Below the pieces are notes generated by a model. That model was given only the letters and a program-made list of their open reading frames with translations, was not told the origin of the DNA and did not search any database. From Elusimicrobiota bacterium (GTDB lineage: Bacteria > Elusimicrobiota > Elusimicrobia > 2-01-FULL-59-12), in assembly GCA_038208955.1 (NCBI GenBank), contig JBBQYF010000002.1:1-43894 (forward strand): a stretch of DNA of 43,894 nucleotides, given 5' to 3'. The position numbers and the translations under genes were made by a program. Below are positions 24,763 to 31,597 of the stretch, piece after piece (position 1 is the stretch's first letter; each line of letters opens with the position of its first letter).

Positions 24763-26074
24763 TCTGTTGTGCCAGGGTCGATTTCTGCGAGTGACATATC
24801 GGTCTATTCTCTTGATAATCAATGCATTTGGCAATACCTTCGGAATTCGTGACGATTTCATTTGCTGACAATTTGCTGACAATTTTCCCCGAAAATTTAC
24901 CTTGCCGGCGATAGCCGCTTTCACAGAAATCGCACAAGCCGAGGGTGTTCATACGCGTTTCTGGCCGTACTCGATTGCAATTCGTGCAGGGAGAGGGTTC
25001 TTGCACTGATGGCCATTTGTAGAGATCTTGAAGGATTTTCCCCGCTTCCTGAAGGTCCTCATTCGCAGCCCCGACATATCTCTGCGTGGTATTTAGGTCG
25101 CCATGCCCCAGGTATTGCTGGACCGAGGCAATGTCCGTGCCATTTTTGAGCATCATCCGAGCCCCTGTCCGTCTCAAGTCACGGAATTGAAGATGAGACA
25201 TTCCAGCTCGCCGCCTCGCAGCCTTAAATTCCTTTTCGTGGTTCTTGAAATCCAAAATCTTGTCCCCGGGCGCAGTGTTGATAAGTTCCCACATGGCAGG
25301 CGTTATTGGAGGTGCGAATGGCCTACCGCTCTTTCGTTGCAAGCCGCTAAAAATGTTGTTCCCACGATCTATGTGTCTTGCCTTGCTCAGAGCTCTCAAA
25401 TCGCCGGGGCGAAGGATAGAATGAACTGCCGCCAGTAAACACCGCCGCAGACGGATGGTTGCGCACATCATAAAGGCCGAGAATTGGTCGGGCGTGAGAA
25501 CTACCTTGCGAACCAGGTCCTTCTCGCTTTCCCTTTCGATATATTTGCAGGGGTTTCGTCTTGGAAGGTTTACGCCAGCAAGGTCCGCAATCTCCCTGCG
25601 CTCTTGCCACTCATCCAGTTTTGTGAACAAGCCGCTTATTGTGGCGAGGTGACGATTGACCGTGCTTTTCTTGATACCGCGCTTTTGTAATATTGCTACG
25701 TGAGATTCGACGTCAAGAGTCGTTATTGTCTCGACGTGGCGGTGTGCTACGTGAGCCATGAACAGGTTCAGATGCCTTAGGTACCCGTTGGGATTGACTA
25801 GCTTCTTCAGGTGATTTTCCCAATAGATGTCACCGGCTCGCTCAATTACGATGGACCGCGCCAACACCTCTAGTCCGTGACGATCGCCGCGCCATTCCTT
25901 ACGTTTATTTTCACAAATCCGCTCGGCGTCCATGAAAACAGTCGGTTCATCCACCCTTCCGACTCTTGCGTAAAATTCGGGATGTTGGTTGTGACGTAGA
26001 CGCACTACAACGTAACGTCTCTTCTCAACGAATATTCCCGGCTTTAAGTTTTTAGGGATGTACGGCTGCGGCAT
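24743..26074 (-). CDS. Tyrosine recombinase/integrase with a 110-aa extension after the catalytic Tyr
   Basis: 443-aa ORF with SILRPGDLRAL (Arg I region), FRDLRRTGARMM (box II), and LGHGDLNTTQRY (His ... catalytic Tyr, codon 25078..25076). The extension contains CTNC-x17-CDFC. The last 6 codons (TLNPLV) overlap the tRNA-like fragment. Confidence 0.85.
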   Translation of the reverse strand: MPQPYIPKNLKPGIFVEKRRYVVVRLRHNQHPEFYARVGRVDEPTVFMDAERICENKRKEWRGDRHGLEVLARSIVIERAGDIYWENHLKKLVNPNGYLRHLNLFMAHVAHRHVETITTLDVESHVAILQKRGIKKSTVNRHLATISGLFTKLDEWQERREIADLAGVNLPRRNPCKYIERESEKDLVRKVVLTPDQFSAFMMCATIRLRRCLLAAVHSILRPGDLRALSKARHIDRGNNIFSGLQRKSGRPFAPPITPAMWELINTAPGDKILDFKNHEKEFKAARRRAGMSHLQFRDLRRTGARMMLKNGTDIASVQQYLGHGDLNTTQRYVGAANEDLQEAGKILQDLYKWPSVQEPSPCTNCNRVRPETRMNTLGLCDFCESGYRRQGKFSGKIVSKLSANEIVTNSEGIAKCIDYQENRPICHSQKSTLAQQTLNPLV

Positions 26075-26104
26075 GGCAAGACTCCTTTACGGCTAGGGCC
26101 TCAA

Positions 26105-26329
26105 TTATACCCGGGTATTGACGGGGTTGACTGCCCTTGTTGCAGCCCATTTTCGGATAGTTGGCACATGGAATCGCAGGGCTGACTTCTTGCCTTCGCC
26201 TAGTTTGACGTATGGGATTATTCCCTTACATACCCAATCACGGACAGTACGCTCTTCGACAGCAAGCATTTTGGCGATCGTCCCGGCCCTGGCGAGTTCG
26301 ATCATGGATTCGTTCAATTCAGTAGACAT
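26105..26329 (-). CDS. Excisionase-type (MerR-like) HTH DNA-binding protein
   Basis: TIAKMLAVEERTVRDWVCKGIIPYVKLGEGKKSALRFHVPTIRKW fits the excisionase-family HTH pattern. The start is set at ATG 26329 (AAGGAG, 7-nt spacer) rather than the track start 26398. Confidence 0.7.
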   Translation of the reverse strand: MSTELNESMIELARAGTIAKMLAVEERTVRDWVCKGIIPYVKLGEGKKSALRFHVPTIRKWAATRAVNPVNTRV

Positions 26330-26399
26330 CACTGGTCTCCTTGGACTGGCGTGATCCTTCCCACGAATTTGGTGCAACCGATGCGTTGCTGAAGGCAAT

Positions 26400-26690
26400 T
26401 CATCGTGACGTCTCTAATGGCCCTTTTGCAGGTGCGCCCTTCGCGATGCTGATAGCGACATCTTTTGTCTCAACATTTACCTTGGCCACGATTTGAATGA
26501 CGGCATGTGTATCCGCATCTGGAGTGCCATTGAGAACAAGATCCAGGATGATGCTGTTTAATCTAACCTTCCTCGCCCACTCGGCGACGAATTCTGCCTC
26601 CGGCGTTGTGCAACCGCCTTGACCTTGGCATAGGGCTACTATCAGTAAGTCCATTTCCTGCGTTGTCAGTAAATCGTTTGGTGTTTCCAT
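26400..26690 (-). CDS. Hypothetical island protein (96 aa)
   Basis: Intact ORF with an AAAGGAG RBS at 6-nt spacing. No motif was recognised. Confidence 0.5.
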   Translation of the reverse strand: METPNDLLTTQEMDLLIVALCQGQGGCTTPEAEFVAEWARKVRLNSIILDLVLNGTPDADTHAVIQIVAKVNVETKDVAISIAKGAPAKGPLETSR

Positions 26691-26741
26691 TCGAATCTCC
26701 TTTAACCGATGGTGTTTGCGCGCTTTCTCACGCGTACGGAC

Positions 26742-27047
26742 TCAGTTTGAAAATGTTCGGTCCGCATGGGCATCATTGCCCGATTGGTCACGCTGGTTGG
26801 ACATCAGGACCGCAAGCAGCACAATAAGTTTTGGGACTTCATCAAGCGGAAGGCAGATGTGCGGATCATGAGACATCGGAGAAATATTTTCACTTAGACC
26901 AAGCGATATCTCGGCGTAGACTTTTCCGCTCTCATCTCTCCACACTCCGGCTCTTAACGCCTTGCCATCGCTTACTTCCACTTCGCTAACGATATCGACG
27001 TCTATCATCTTCATTTTAATTTCTCCTTTAGTTTGTATTTGGGTCAT
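26742..27047 (-). CDS. Hypothetical island protein (90-101 aa)
   Basis: Intact ORF. The internal ATG 27014 has an AAAGGAG RBS at 8-nt spacing and may be the real start. The track start 27047 overlaps the upstream stop by 4 nt. Confidence 0.45.
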   Translation of the reverse strand: MTQIQTKGEIKMKMIDVDIVSEVEVSDGKALRAGVWRDESGKVYAEISLGLSENISPMSHDPHICLPLDEVPKLIVLLAVLMSNQRDQSGNDAHADRTFSN

Positions 27048-27361
27048 ATTCCATTAGCCTTGCGACATTCAGGTCGCAGGATATTGCGGCGGCGCACTCG
27101 CTTTTCATGCAGAGTTTGATCGGACTCTGGCTTTCCATCTGGCTCATCGCATCGCCTCCGGATTTCTTTAGGGTCATCAGAACGGGTTCCTAGGCTTGCT
27201 AAATCCGCCATTGCGCAGGTGGATCTCTGATTCCTTGACCATTGACCCGCACAGCGGCGGCTGCAGGTCCTGCCGAAGCCGTTTTTCAAGTTGTCTACCC
27301 TAGCGCTGAATATCTCTCCGCATACCTGGCAAATAGAAGCCTCGCGCCGATGCTGGTTCAT
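27044..27361 (-). CDS. Small zinc-ribbon-like protein
   Basis: CQVCGEIFSARVDNLKNGFGRTCSRRCAG (CxxC ... CxxxC). It overlaps both neighbouring ORFs by 4 nt. Confidence 0.5.
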   Translation of the reverse strand: MNQHRREASICQVCGEIFSARVDNLKNGFGRTCSRRCAGQWSRNQRSTCAMADLASLGTRSDDPKEIRRRCDEPDGKPESDQTLHEKRVRRRNILRPECRKANGI

Positions 27362-27738
27362 TGCCGCTCCTCACGGATTTGGGGGTTAGGAAATCCGGCG
27401 TTTCGGAAAATTTGCAAGATCGCCTGTGGCGTAAGAGCGGGAATTGACGCGGACCAATCAATAGCTGGCAGCTTGGGGCGTGGGCGATTCAGACTCCTCA
27501 ACAAAGCCCGTATGCCTTCTCCTTCTTTGTACTCAACATTTTCACCACTAGACGGTTTACAGTTGGGAGGCAAATGGTGAGGTGCATTTTCACCATTTGC
27601 CACCATTTCGCCATTTGAACCTACGTTCAAATGGTTAGATGGCGCGAAAAGGTGAAATTGTTCCTGACCATTTCGTTTATCGATAAATGGCGATGTTTTA
27701 TCTTGTGCCTTAAATGGTTCGCGATTAGTAGGCATCAC
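27358..27738 (-). CDS. Hypothetical island protein (126 aa) whose 5-prime part carries the iteron-like repeats
   Basis: Intact ORF coupled by 4-nt overlaps on both sides. The N-terminal third is low complexity because of the CCATTT/AAATGG repeats. Confidence 0.4.
   Translation of the reverse strand: MMPTNREPFKAQDKTSPFIDKRNGQEQFHLFAPSNHLNVGSNGEMVANGENAPHHLPPNCKPSSGENVEYKEGEGIRALLRSLNRPRPKLPAIDWSASIPALTPQAILQIFRNAGFPNPQIREERQ
27571..27717. repeat. Iteron-like cluster: 8 copies of CCATTT/AAATGG including two perfect 10-bp inverted repeats; candidate replication origin or operator array
   Basis: Hexamers lie at 27572-77, 27593-98, 27603-08, 27611-16, 27629-34, 27668-73, 27685-90 and 27712-17. 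The inverted repeats are caaatggtga (27571-80) / tcaccatttg (27590-99), and ccatttgaac (27611-20) / gttcaaatgg (27625-34) with spacer ctac. Confidence 0.6.
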
Positions 27739-29240
27739 AATATGTTCTCGAGCTCCTCCGCAGTAGGGAGAGGGATTTCGACATCCTTGATGGACTTACC
27801 AAACGCAAATTTTTTCGTCTTACCTTGCCCTTTTCCGCCAGGATCAGTCATCTCCAGGCATCCCAGGTCTAGGGCCTCGTTCGTGTACTTCCTGACGGTA
27901 TTACGATTCCATTTCAAAGCCCTTTCCAAATCAGCATAGGTAAGTTCAATATCGCCACTCTTTTCTGCCTCTTCCACCAACTGAACGCATTTAGGGGTCG
28001 CACCACGTAAAACCTGTCTAAGGATCGGAACTGCGAGCTCGCGTGCGAGCCGGTAATCATCCAGCGAAGCCTCAATGCAAGGCGAACCTTTGTAATCGCG
28101 CCTAGTCCGTTGGTATTGATGCAACAAAGCGGAGGCCTCGATTAGTGCCATAAACCGAGGCCGATCTCGCCTCACTCGTAAGGGTTTCGATGGGAAGGGA
28201 ATTTTCGCCGCGTAAGGAATTAAAACAGGCAACGTCTGTAAGAGCCTTTGGGCATTTTGCCATCGCATTAAAACGTATTGCCTTTCCTCGGTCGTCAATG
28301 GTTCCGTATAACGCTGATTTTGAGCCTGAAATATTCTTTCCGTTTGCCGTTCAGATTCGTCGATATAGATCTCAAAGTTTCGAGTTTCATTTTCTGCGTG
28401 CAGATGCGCCTCCGTCGTTGTCTCGATAAAGGCCGCGGGACCCTCCACCCGCTTTTCCACAGTTTCCATGCCACCGGTGTCACTTTTCTGAACAACCCAA
28501 AAGGAAATTTCCTTTTCACTTTGCATTGTCCGAATAGAGTAATCTCCCGCCTCTGATCCTGGTCGCTCGGCAATAAGAATCACTTTGTGTCGGAGGGACG
28601 TGGTGGTATGAAAAAGAGCGCGGGGAGATACCCCTGACAGCTTAATCACTGCTTCTGGCGGCAAGAAATCCAAGACAGACTCTGCTCGATGGTTTTTCCC
28701 ACCAGAGCTTTCACCCTTAATGGTCGTATTGATTGGAGAATCGGAAAGACGGGAGGTTCCAGCTAGGAGTAGGTAGAGTTTATTCGTATCCTCCCCTACG
28801 CTGCCAAGCCTCTCGATGTCAGTCATGAATTTTTCGAGCATTGCCGGATCGTAAAGCAGCTCTTCGGCTTTGCGCTTTTCATCTTCACTCATGGGTTTGA
28901 GAGTCGCTTTTTCCGTCTTAGATGCGTGGGTAGCCGAGGACAGCCGGATAAAATCATCCAGGTCAATCAGAGTCTGTTCTAATGGGAGGTGATACTCTTC
29001 GGGACATTGCCCTATAAAGCGTTTGCGTCCCGATGAGGACGCAAGAATCACGGTATCTCGCGCCGAGGGGACAACCCCATCTTTGAAATCGAGGCAAGCT
29101 GAAACACGCTTCTTATCAAACGAGTAACCTAGTGCGCGCAGGGTTCCGCTACGACCTACCGTGCACGTAATCTCGTTGCCCTCCTTAACGAATTGAGGGG
29201 ATGTAGTGTCTTGCGCTGTTGATGAGTTTTGCGAAGTCAT
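27735..29240 (-). CDS. P-loop NTPase, putative replicative helicase/initiator partner of the Toprim primase
   Basis: ~500-aa ORF with a Walker-A-like TTIKGESSGGKNH, a hydrophobic strand plus acidic residue (KVILIAERPGSE) and a downstream NETRNFEIYIDESE. The start is set at ATG 29240 (GGAGG, 8-nt spacer); the track start is 29276. The family was not recognised precisely. Confidence 0.55.
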   Translation of the reverse strand: MTSQNSSTAQDTTSPQFVKEGNEITCTVGRSGTLRALGYSFDKKRVSACLDFKDGVVPSARDTVILASSSGRKRFIGQCPEEYHLPLEQTLIDLDDFIRLSSATHASKTEKATLKPMSEDEKRKAEELLYDPAMLEKFMTDIERLGSVGEDTNKLYLLLAGTSRLSDSPINTTIKGESSGGKNHRAESVLDFLPPEAVIKLSGVSPRALFHTTTSLRHKVILIAERPGSEAGDYSIRTMQSEKEISFWVVQKSDTGGMETVEKRVEGPAAFIETTTEAHLHAENETRNFEIYIDESERQTERIFQAQNQRYTEPLTTEERQYVLMRWQNAQRLLQTLPVLIPYAAKIPFPSKPLRVRRDRPRFMALIEASALLHQYQRTRRDYKGSPCIEASLDDYRLARELAVPILRQVLRGATPKCVQLVEEAEKSGDIELTYADLERALKWNRNTVRKYTNEALDLGCLEMTDPGGKGQGKTKKFAFGKSIKDVEIPLPTAEELENIL

Positions 29241-29895
29241 GTCGTGTTCCTCCATCTCGAAAAAAATCTGATACATCTTTCTTGTCCGGTGTGCCTGGTA
29301 ATGGAAGGTCGATGATTCTTACTTCCTTCGCTACGGCAGAGAGGATTCGGGCTACCTTCGCCGCGCCTTTTCTCCCACTCAAATCGCGGTCGTAACAAAT
29401 CCAACATCGCTTCCCAGCGAAAAGCGCGGTCCATTCGTCCAACCAGGTCATCGACCCTGCTGTATGAGAAATTGCGTTATCGAAGCCTTGATCATGCGAC
29501 CGGAAGCAATCCCATTCGCCCTCATGGAGAATTACTTCAGGTTTGGAGCGGTCGCCAATCCATTGAGCACGGTATCCCGGGGGAGAGACGCTCCATCGGG
29601 TCTGCTTCGTCGGTTCCATATATCGGTAAACCCGGAGGATAGGTCCAGCGGGTATGATGATGCAGGGTTCCGAGCAAACGTACCCGCGCCGTCCCGATCC
29701 CAAGCGTTTGTCGTAGCGTTCCACAATTCCCTGCTGAACGTTAAACTTCGCCAAGGTGGTGAGCGCATACCCTTTATTGTTGGCTGCCATCCACTGCAAG
29801 GCGTGGAGTCCCAAGGCTTCCTGTTTGATCAGTTTGAAATAAATGGGTTGATCCTTCCGTAAGGTTTGTTTGTATTGCTGTGTAGTCAAGCTCAT
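29185..29895 (-). CDS. Toprim-domain DNA primase-like protein
   Basis: EVILHEGEWDCF (Toprim Glu) and WICYDRDLSGRKGA (DxD) with a C-terminal DVSDFFRDGGT. The start is set at ATG 29895, which overlaps the upstream TGA (ATGA); the track start is 30021. Confidence 0.7.
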   Translation of the reverse strand: MSLTTQQYKQTLRKDQPIYFKLIKQEALGLHALQWMAANNKGYALTTLAKFNVQQGIVERYDKRLGSGRRGYVCSEPCIIIPAGPILRVYRYMEPTKQTRWSVSPPGYRAQWIGDRSKPEVILHEGEWDCFRSHDQGFDNAISHTAGSMTWLDEWTALFAGKRCWICYDRDLSGRKGAAKVARILSAVAKEVRIIDLPLPGTPDKKDVSDFFRDGGTRHDFAKLINSARHYIPSIR

Positions 29896-30179
29896 TTGGA
29901 CTCCGATTTCCGTAGTGAGTTGCGAGCGCACCCGTCCCGTTCTGCTTGAAAGAGCCGGTCCTTCAGTTCTCTCATACTGTTGAAAAAGTCTTTGGCAGGC
30001 AACTTTAGCCCCGAGGACCAATAGTCTTGAACCATGCTTTCGCAGCGCAACTTATCTTCAAAAACAAAGTGCGCCTTTCCATCGCGCCAATCGAGACGAA
30101 CAAGACGCTGGCCAGCAGCTTTAAGCGCGGAGCCTATTTGAAGATTGCGGGTTTGAAATTCGGTAGGTTGGTTTTGCAT
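29892..30179 (-). CDS. Small phage-type protein (DUF5659-like by recollection)
   Basis: IGSALKAAGQRLVRLDWRDGKAHFVFEDKLRCESMVQDYWSSGLKLPAKDFFNSMRELKDRL resembles the pattern I recall for DUF5659 (A..L...G..l......g....F.F.d.......y......v.a..f......lK..i). It is the first gene of the coupled island operon. Confidence 0.4.
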   Translation of the reverse strand: MQNQPTEFQTRNLQIGSALKAAGQRLVRLDWRDGKAHFVFEDKLRCESMVQDYWSSGLKLPAKDFFNSMRELKDRLFQAERDGCARNSLRKSESK

Positions 30180-30310
30180 CTCATCTCCCTTGGCTGAAAC
30201 TTAGACCCATCGTAAGCCAAATGAGATGACATGGGAATCCCCTACATTTTCATAATTAGTAAGAACGTGGAATTACGAAAAGGTAAGGGGTTGCGTATTT
30301 GTTCGAAGCG

Positions 30311-31273
30311 TTAACTACTGACGACGCGAGTGTTCCAGGAAGGTAGCTGTATTTCTATCATTGGGTACGGCCAAAGGGAAACAAGGCTGGACTTTTCAAT
30401 ACCTTGCGGGGATGGCCAATCTCCGATACGCAAGCCGCGCCACAGCCAATCGAGTTGCGATACGGGCTCTTCCTGCAGAGTTCGATCAATATTAGCTAAG
30501 GATGAAGAGGTGCCGAATAAAGAGAGGATAGTTTCAATTAGCGTCGAACCATACAAAGGGTCTTTCTCCGCGTTCCAAAAGCAAAGAAGATCACGCAGCC
30601 GAGAGACAAGTAGACGTCGAGCACGGTCCCCTCTCGGACCACGCCGAGTTGCTTCAATCCGTCGCCAAGCTGACGCTACCCCACGAGCAGGTTTGCGATT
30701 GATGGCTCTTTCGACGGCTTCGATGTCTTTTGACGGGACAAATTTTAGTATCTCCAAAATTCTTCGGAGATTCGTGAACGCTTCGGCTTCGCCCTCTCCT
30801 TCGTTTTGAGGGTCCACCGTCTTCAATAATGCCGCGCGTGATTGAGCCGCTTCAAGAAGAAAAGGTATCTCATTTAACTTTTTGAGCGAACGGATCAGGT
30901 TGGATCGCTTGCGATTGGTTTTGAAGCCTGGTCCTACATCTGCTAACCTGGGGATGTCTCCCTGTTGCTGATTGAAAAGTATCGCCCACGAGAGAACATC
31001 AACGCTTTTTATCGAGGGAAGGGAAAATTTGCATAGCTTCTCCAATCCGCTTTTAGATTGATCGCTAAGATCACCGAATGGAAAGTTGCGATTCGTCAGT
31101 GGGAGCTTGTCCCGATATGCCTTCTCCTCTGGAGTTTTAGGTTCAAGTTCCAGAGGCGATGGCAGCCAGTTCGAAGCACGAGCCTTACGCGCTTCTTGAT
31201 AAACCCGTTTTAGGCTCTGAAAATGTTCATTATTATCTATTGGCATCTCTATCTCGGAACTGCTGTGCAACAT
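30311..31273 (-). CDS. Hypothetical island protein (320 aa), separate transcription unit
   Basis: Intact ORF with no recognisable motif. It is separated by 131 nt from the downstream operon. Confidence 0.5.
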   Translation of the reverse strand: MLHSSSEIEMPIDNNEHFQSLKRVYQEARKARASNWLPSPLELEPKTPEEKAYRDKLPLTNRNFPFGDLSDQSKSGLEKLCKFSLPSIKSVDVLSWAILFNQQQGDIPRLADVGPGFKTNRKRSNLIRSLKKLNEIPFLLEAAQSRAALLKTVDPQNEGEGEAEAFTNLRRILEILKFVPSKDIEAVERAINRKPARGVASAWRRIEATRRGPRGDRARRLLVSRLRDLLCFWNAEKDPLYGSTLIETILSLFGTSSSLANIDRTLQEEPVSQLDWLWRGLRIGDWPSPQGIEKSSLVSLWPYPMIEIQLPSWNTRVVSS

Positions 31274-31597
31274 CAGGTCCCTATAAAAACAGCCAGTGCC
31301 CCGCTGAAGAACGGAGGACTGGCCGAAATAAGTTGGTCGGCGTCTTCAGTCGCCTGAACCTATTTTACTTTGTAAGGGAAGATGCGCAACGCTCCCGTCA
31401 TATCGTCTTCATACGATGAATAGGTCACCTCCTTGCGGTTAGAGGTTCGGCCTACCATAATCCGCAAGCTTCCACTGGGTCCTACGGCTGCGCCGGGCTT
31501 TCCTATCTTTCCGTGAGTTCGATACGGACGGAATGAAAGTCTATTCATGCGCTAGGCGGAAGAAGAAATGGCGTATATGTTTTTTGAATTCGCTTGT

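Larger units (their letters stand above)
24722..31273 (-). mobile_element. Integrative element (satellite/ICE-like, about 6.6 kb as far as recognisable); right boundary undefined
   Basis: Integrase, excisionase, Toprim primase, P-loop helicase-like gene and small ORFs all lie on the minus strand, many with 4-nt ATGA overlaps and strong AAGGAG-type RBSs. The att-like tRNA fragment is at the integrase end. Spot counts of single lines give 43-48% GC (e.g. lines 26701, 28261) versus about 58% for a hemE line (6301). Confidence 0.6.

Noticed and set aside
24763-24800. Possibility that a complete tRNA gene lies at 24722..24800.
   Set aside because: No tgccgaa acceptor 5-prime strand or D-arm is present. 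The would-be 5-prime anticodon stem strand pairs at only 3 of 5 positions. The sequence is in-frame integrase coding DNA.
27571-27717. The repeat cluster as a CRISPR array.
   Set aside because: The units are 6-10 bp in mixed orientation at irregular 8-40 bp spacing, far too short and irregular for CRISPR repeats. No cas genes are present.
29260-29266. A7 (T7 on the coding strand) run in the 56-nt overlap between the Toprim and helicase-like ORFs. Loss of one T would fuse them into a single primase-helicase, suggesting a frameshift or programmed slippage.
   Set aside because: After the run, the Toprim frame continues with a family-typical ending (DVSDFFRDGGTRHDFAKLINSA). The helicase-like ORF has its own ATG 29240 with a GGAGG RBS at 8-nt spacing. 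Two separate overlapping genes is the simpler reading. A -1 slip leads to a stop after 7 codons.
31432-31468. A 7-bp-stem hairpin (cttgcgg ... ccgcaag). On the minus strand it is followed directly by a perfect anti-SD complement (AAGGAGGTGA), suggesting an RBS-sequestering regulatory RNA. The overlapping 62-aa ORF 31360..31548 was also considered.
   Set aside because: No start codon lies at a workable distance downstream of the SD-like sequence. The nearest ATGs give 4- and 13-codon ORFs at 15 and 27 nt. The 62-aa ORF has no RBS and no recognisable sequence features, and I cannot assign a function from sequence alone.
31274-31597. Searching this intergenic region for the second att copy or an intact tRNA-Gln marking the island's right end. 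This included a TTCGAT-containing hairpin at about 31516-31534.
   Set aside because: There is no match to the 41-nt att core. The hairpin has a 9-nt loop and no surrounding cloverleaf, so the right boundary remains undefined.
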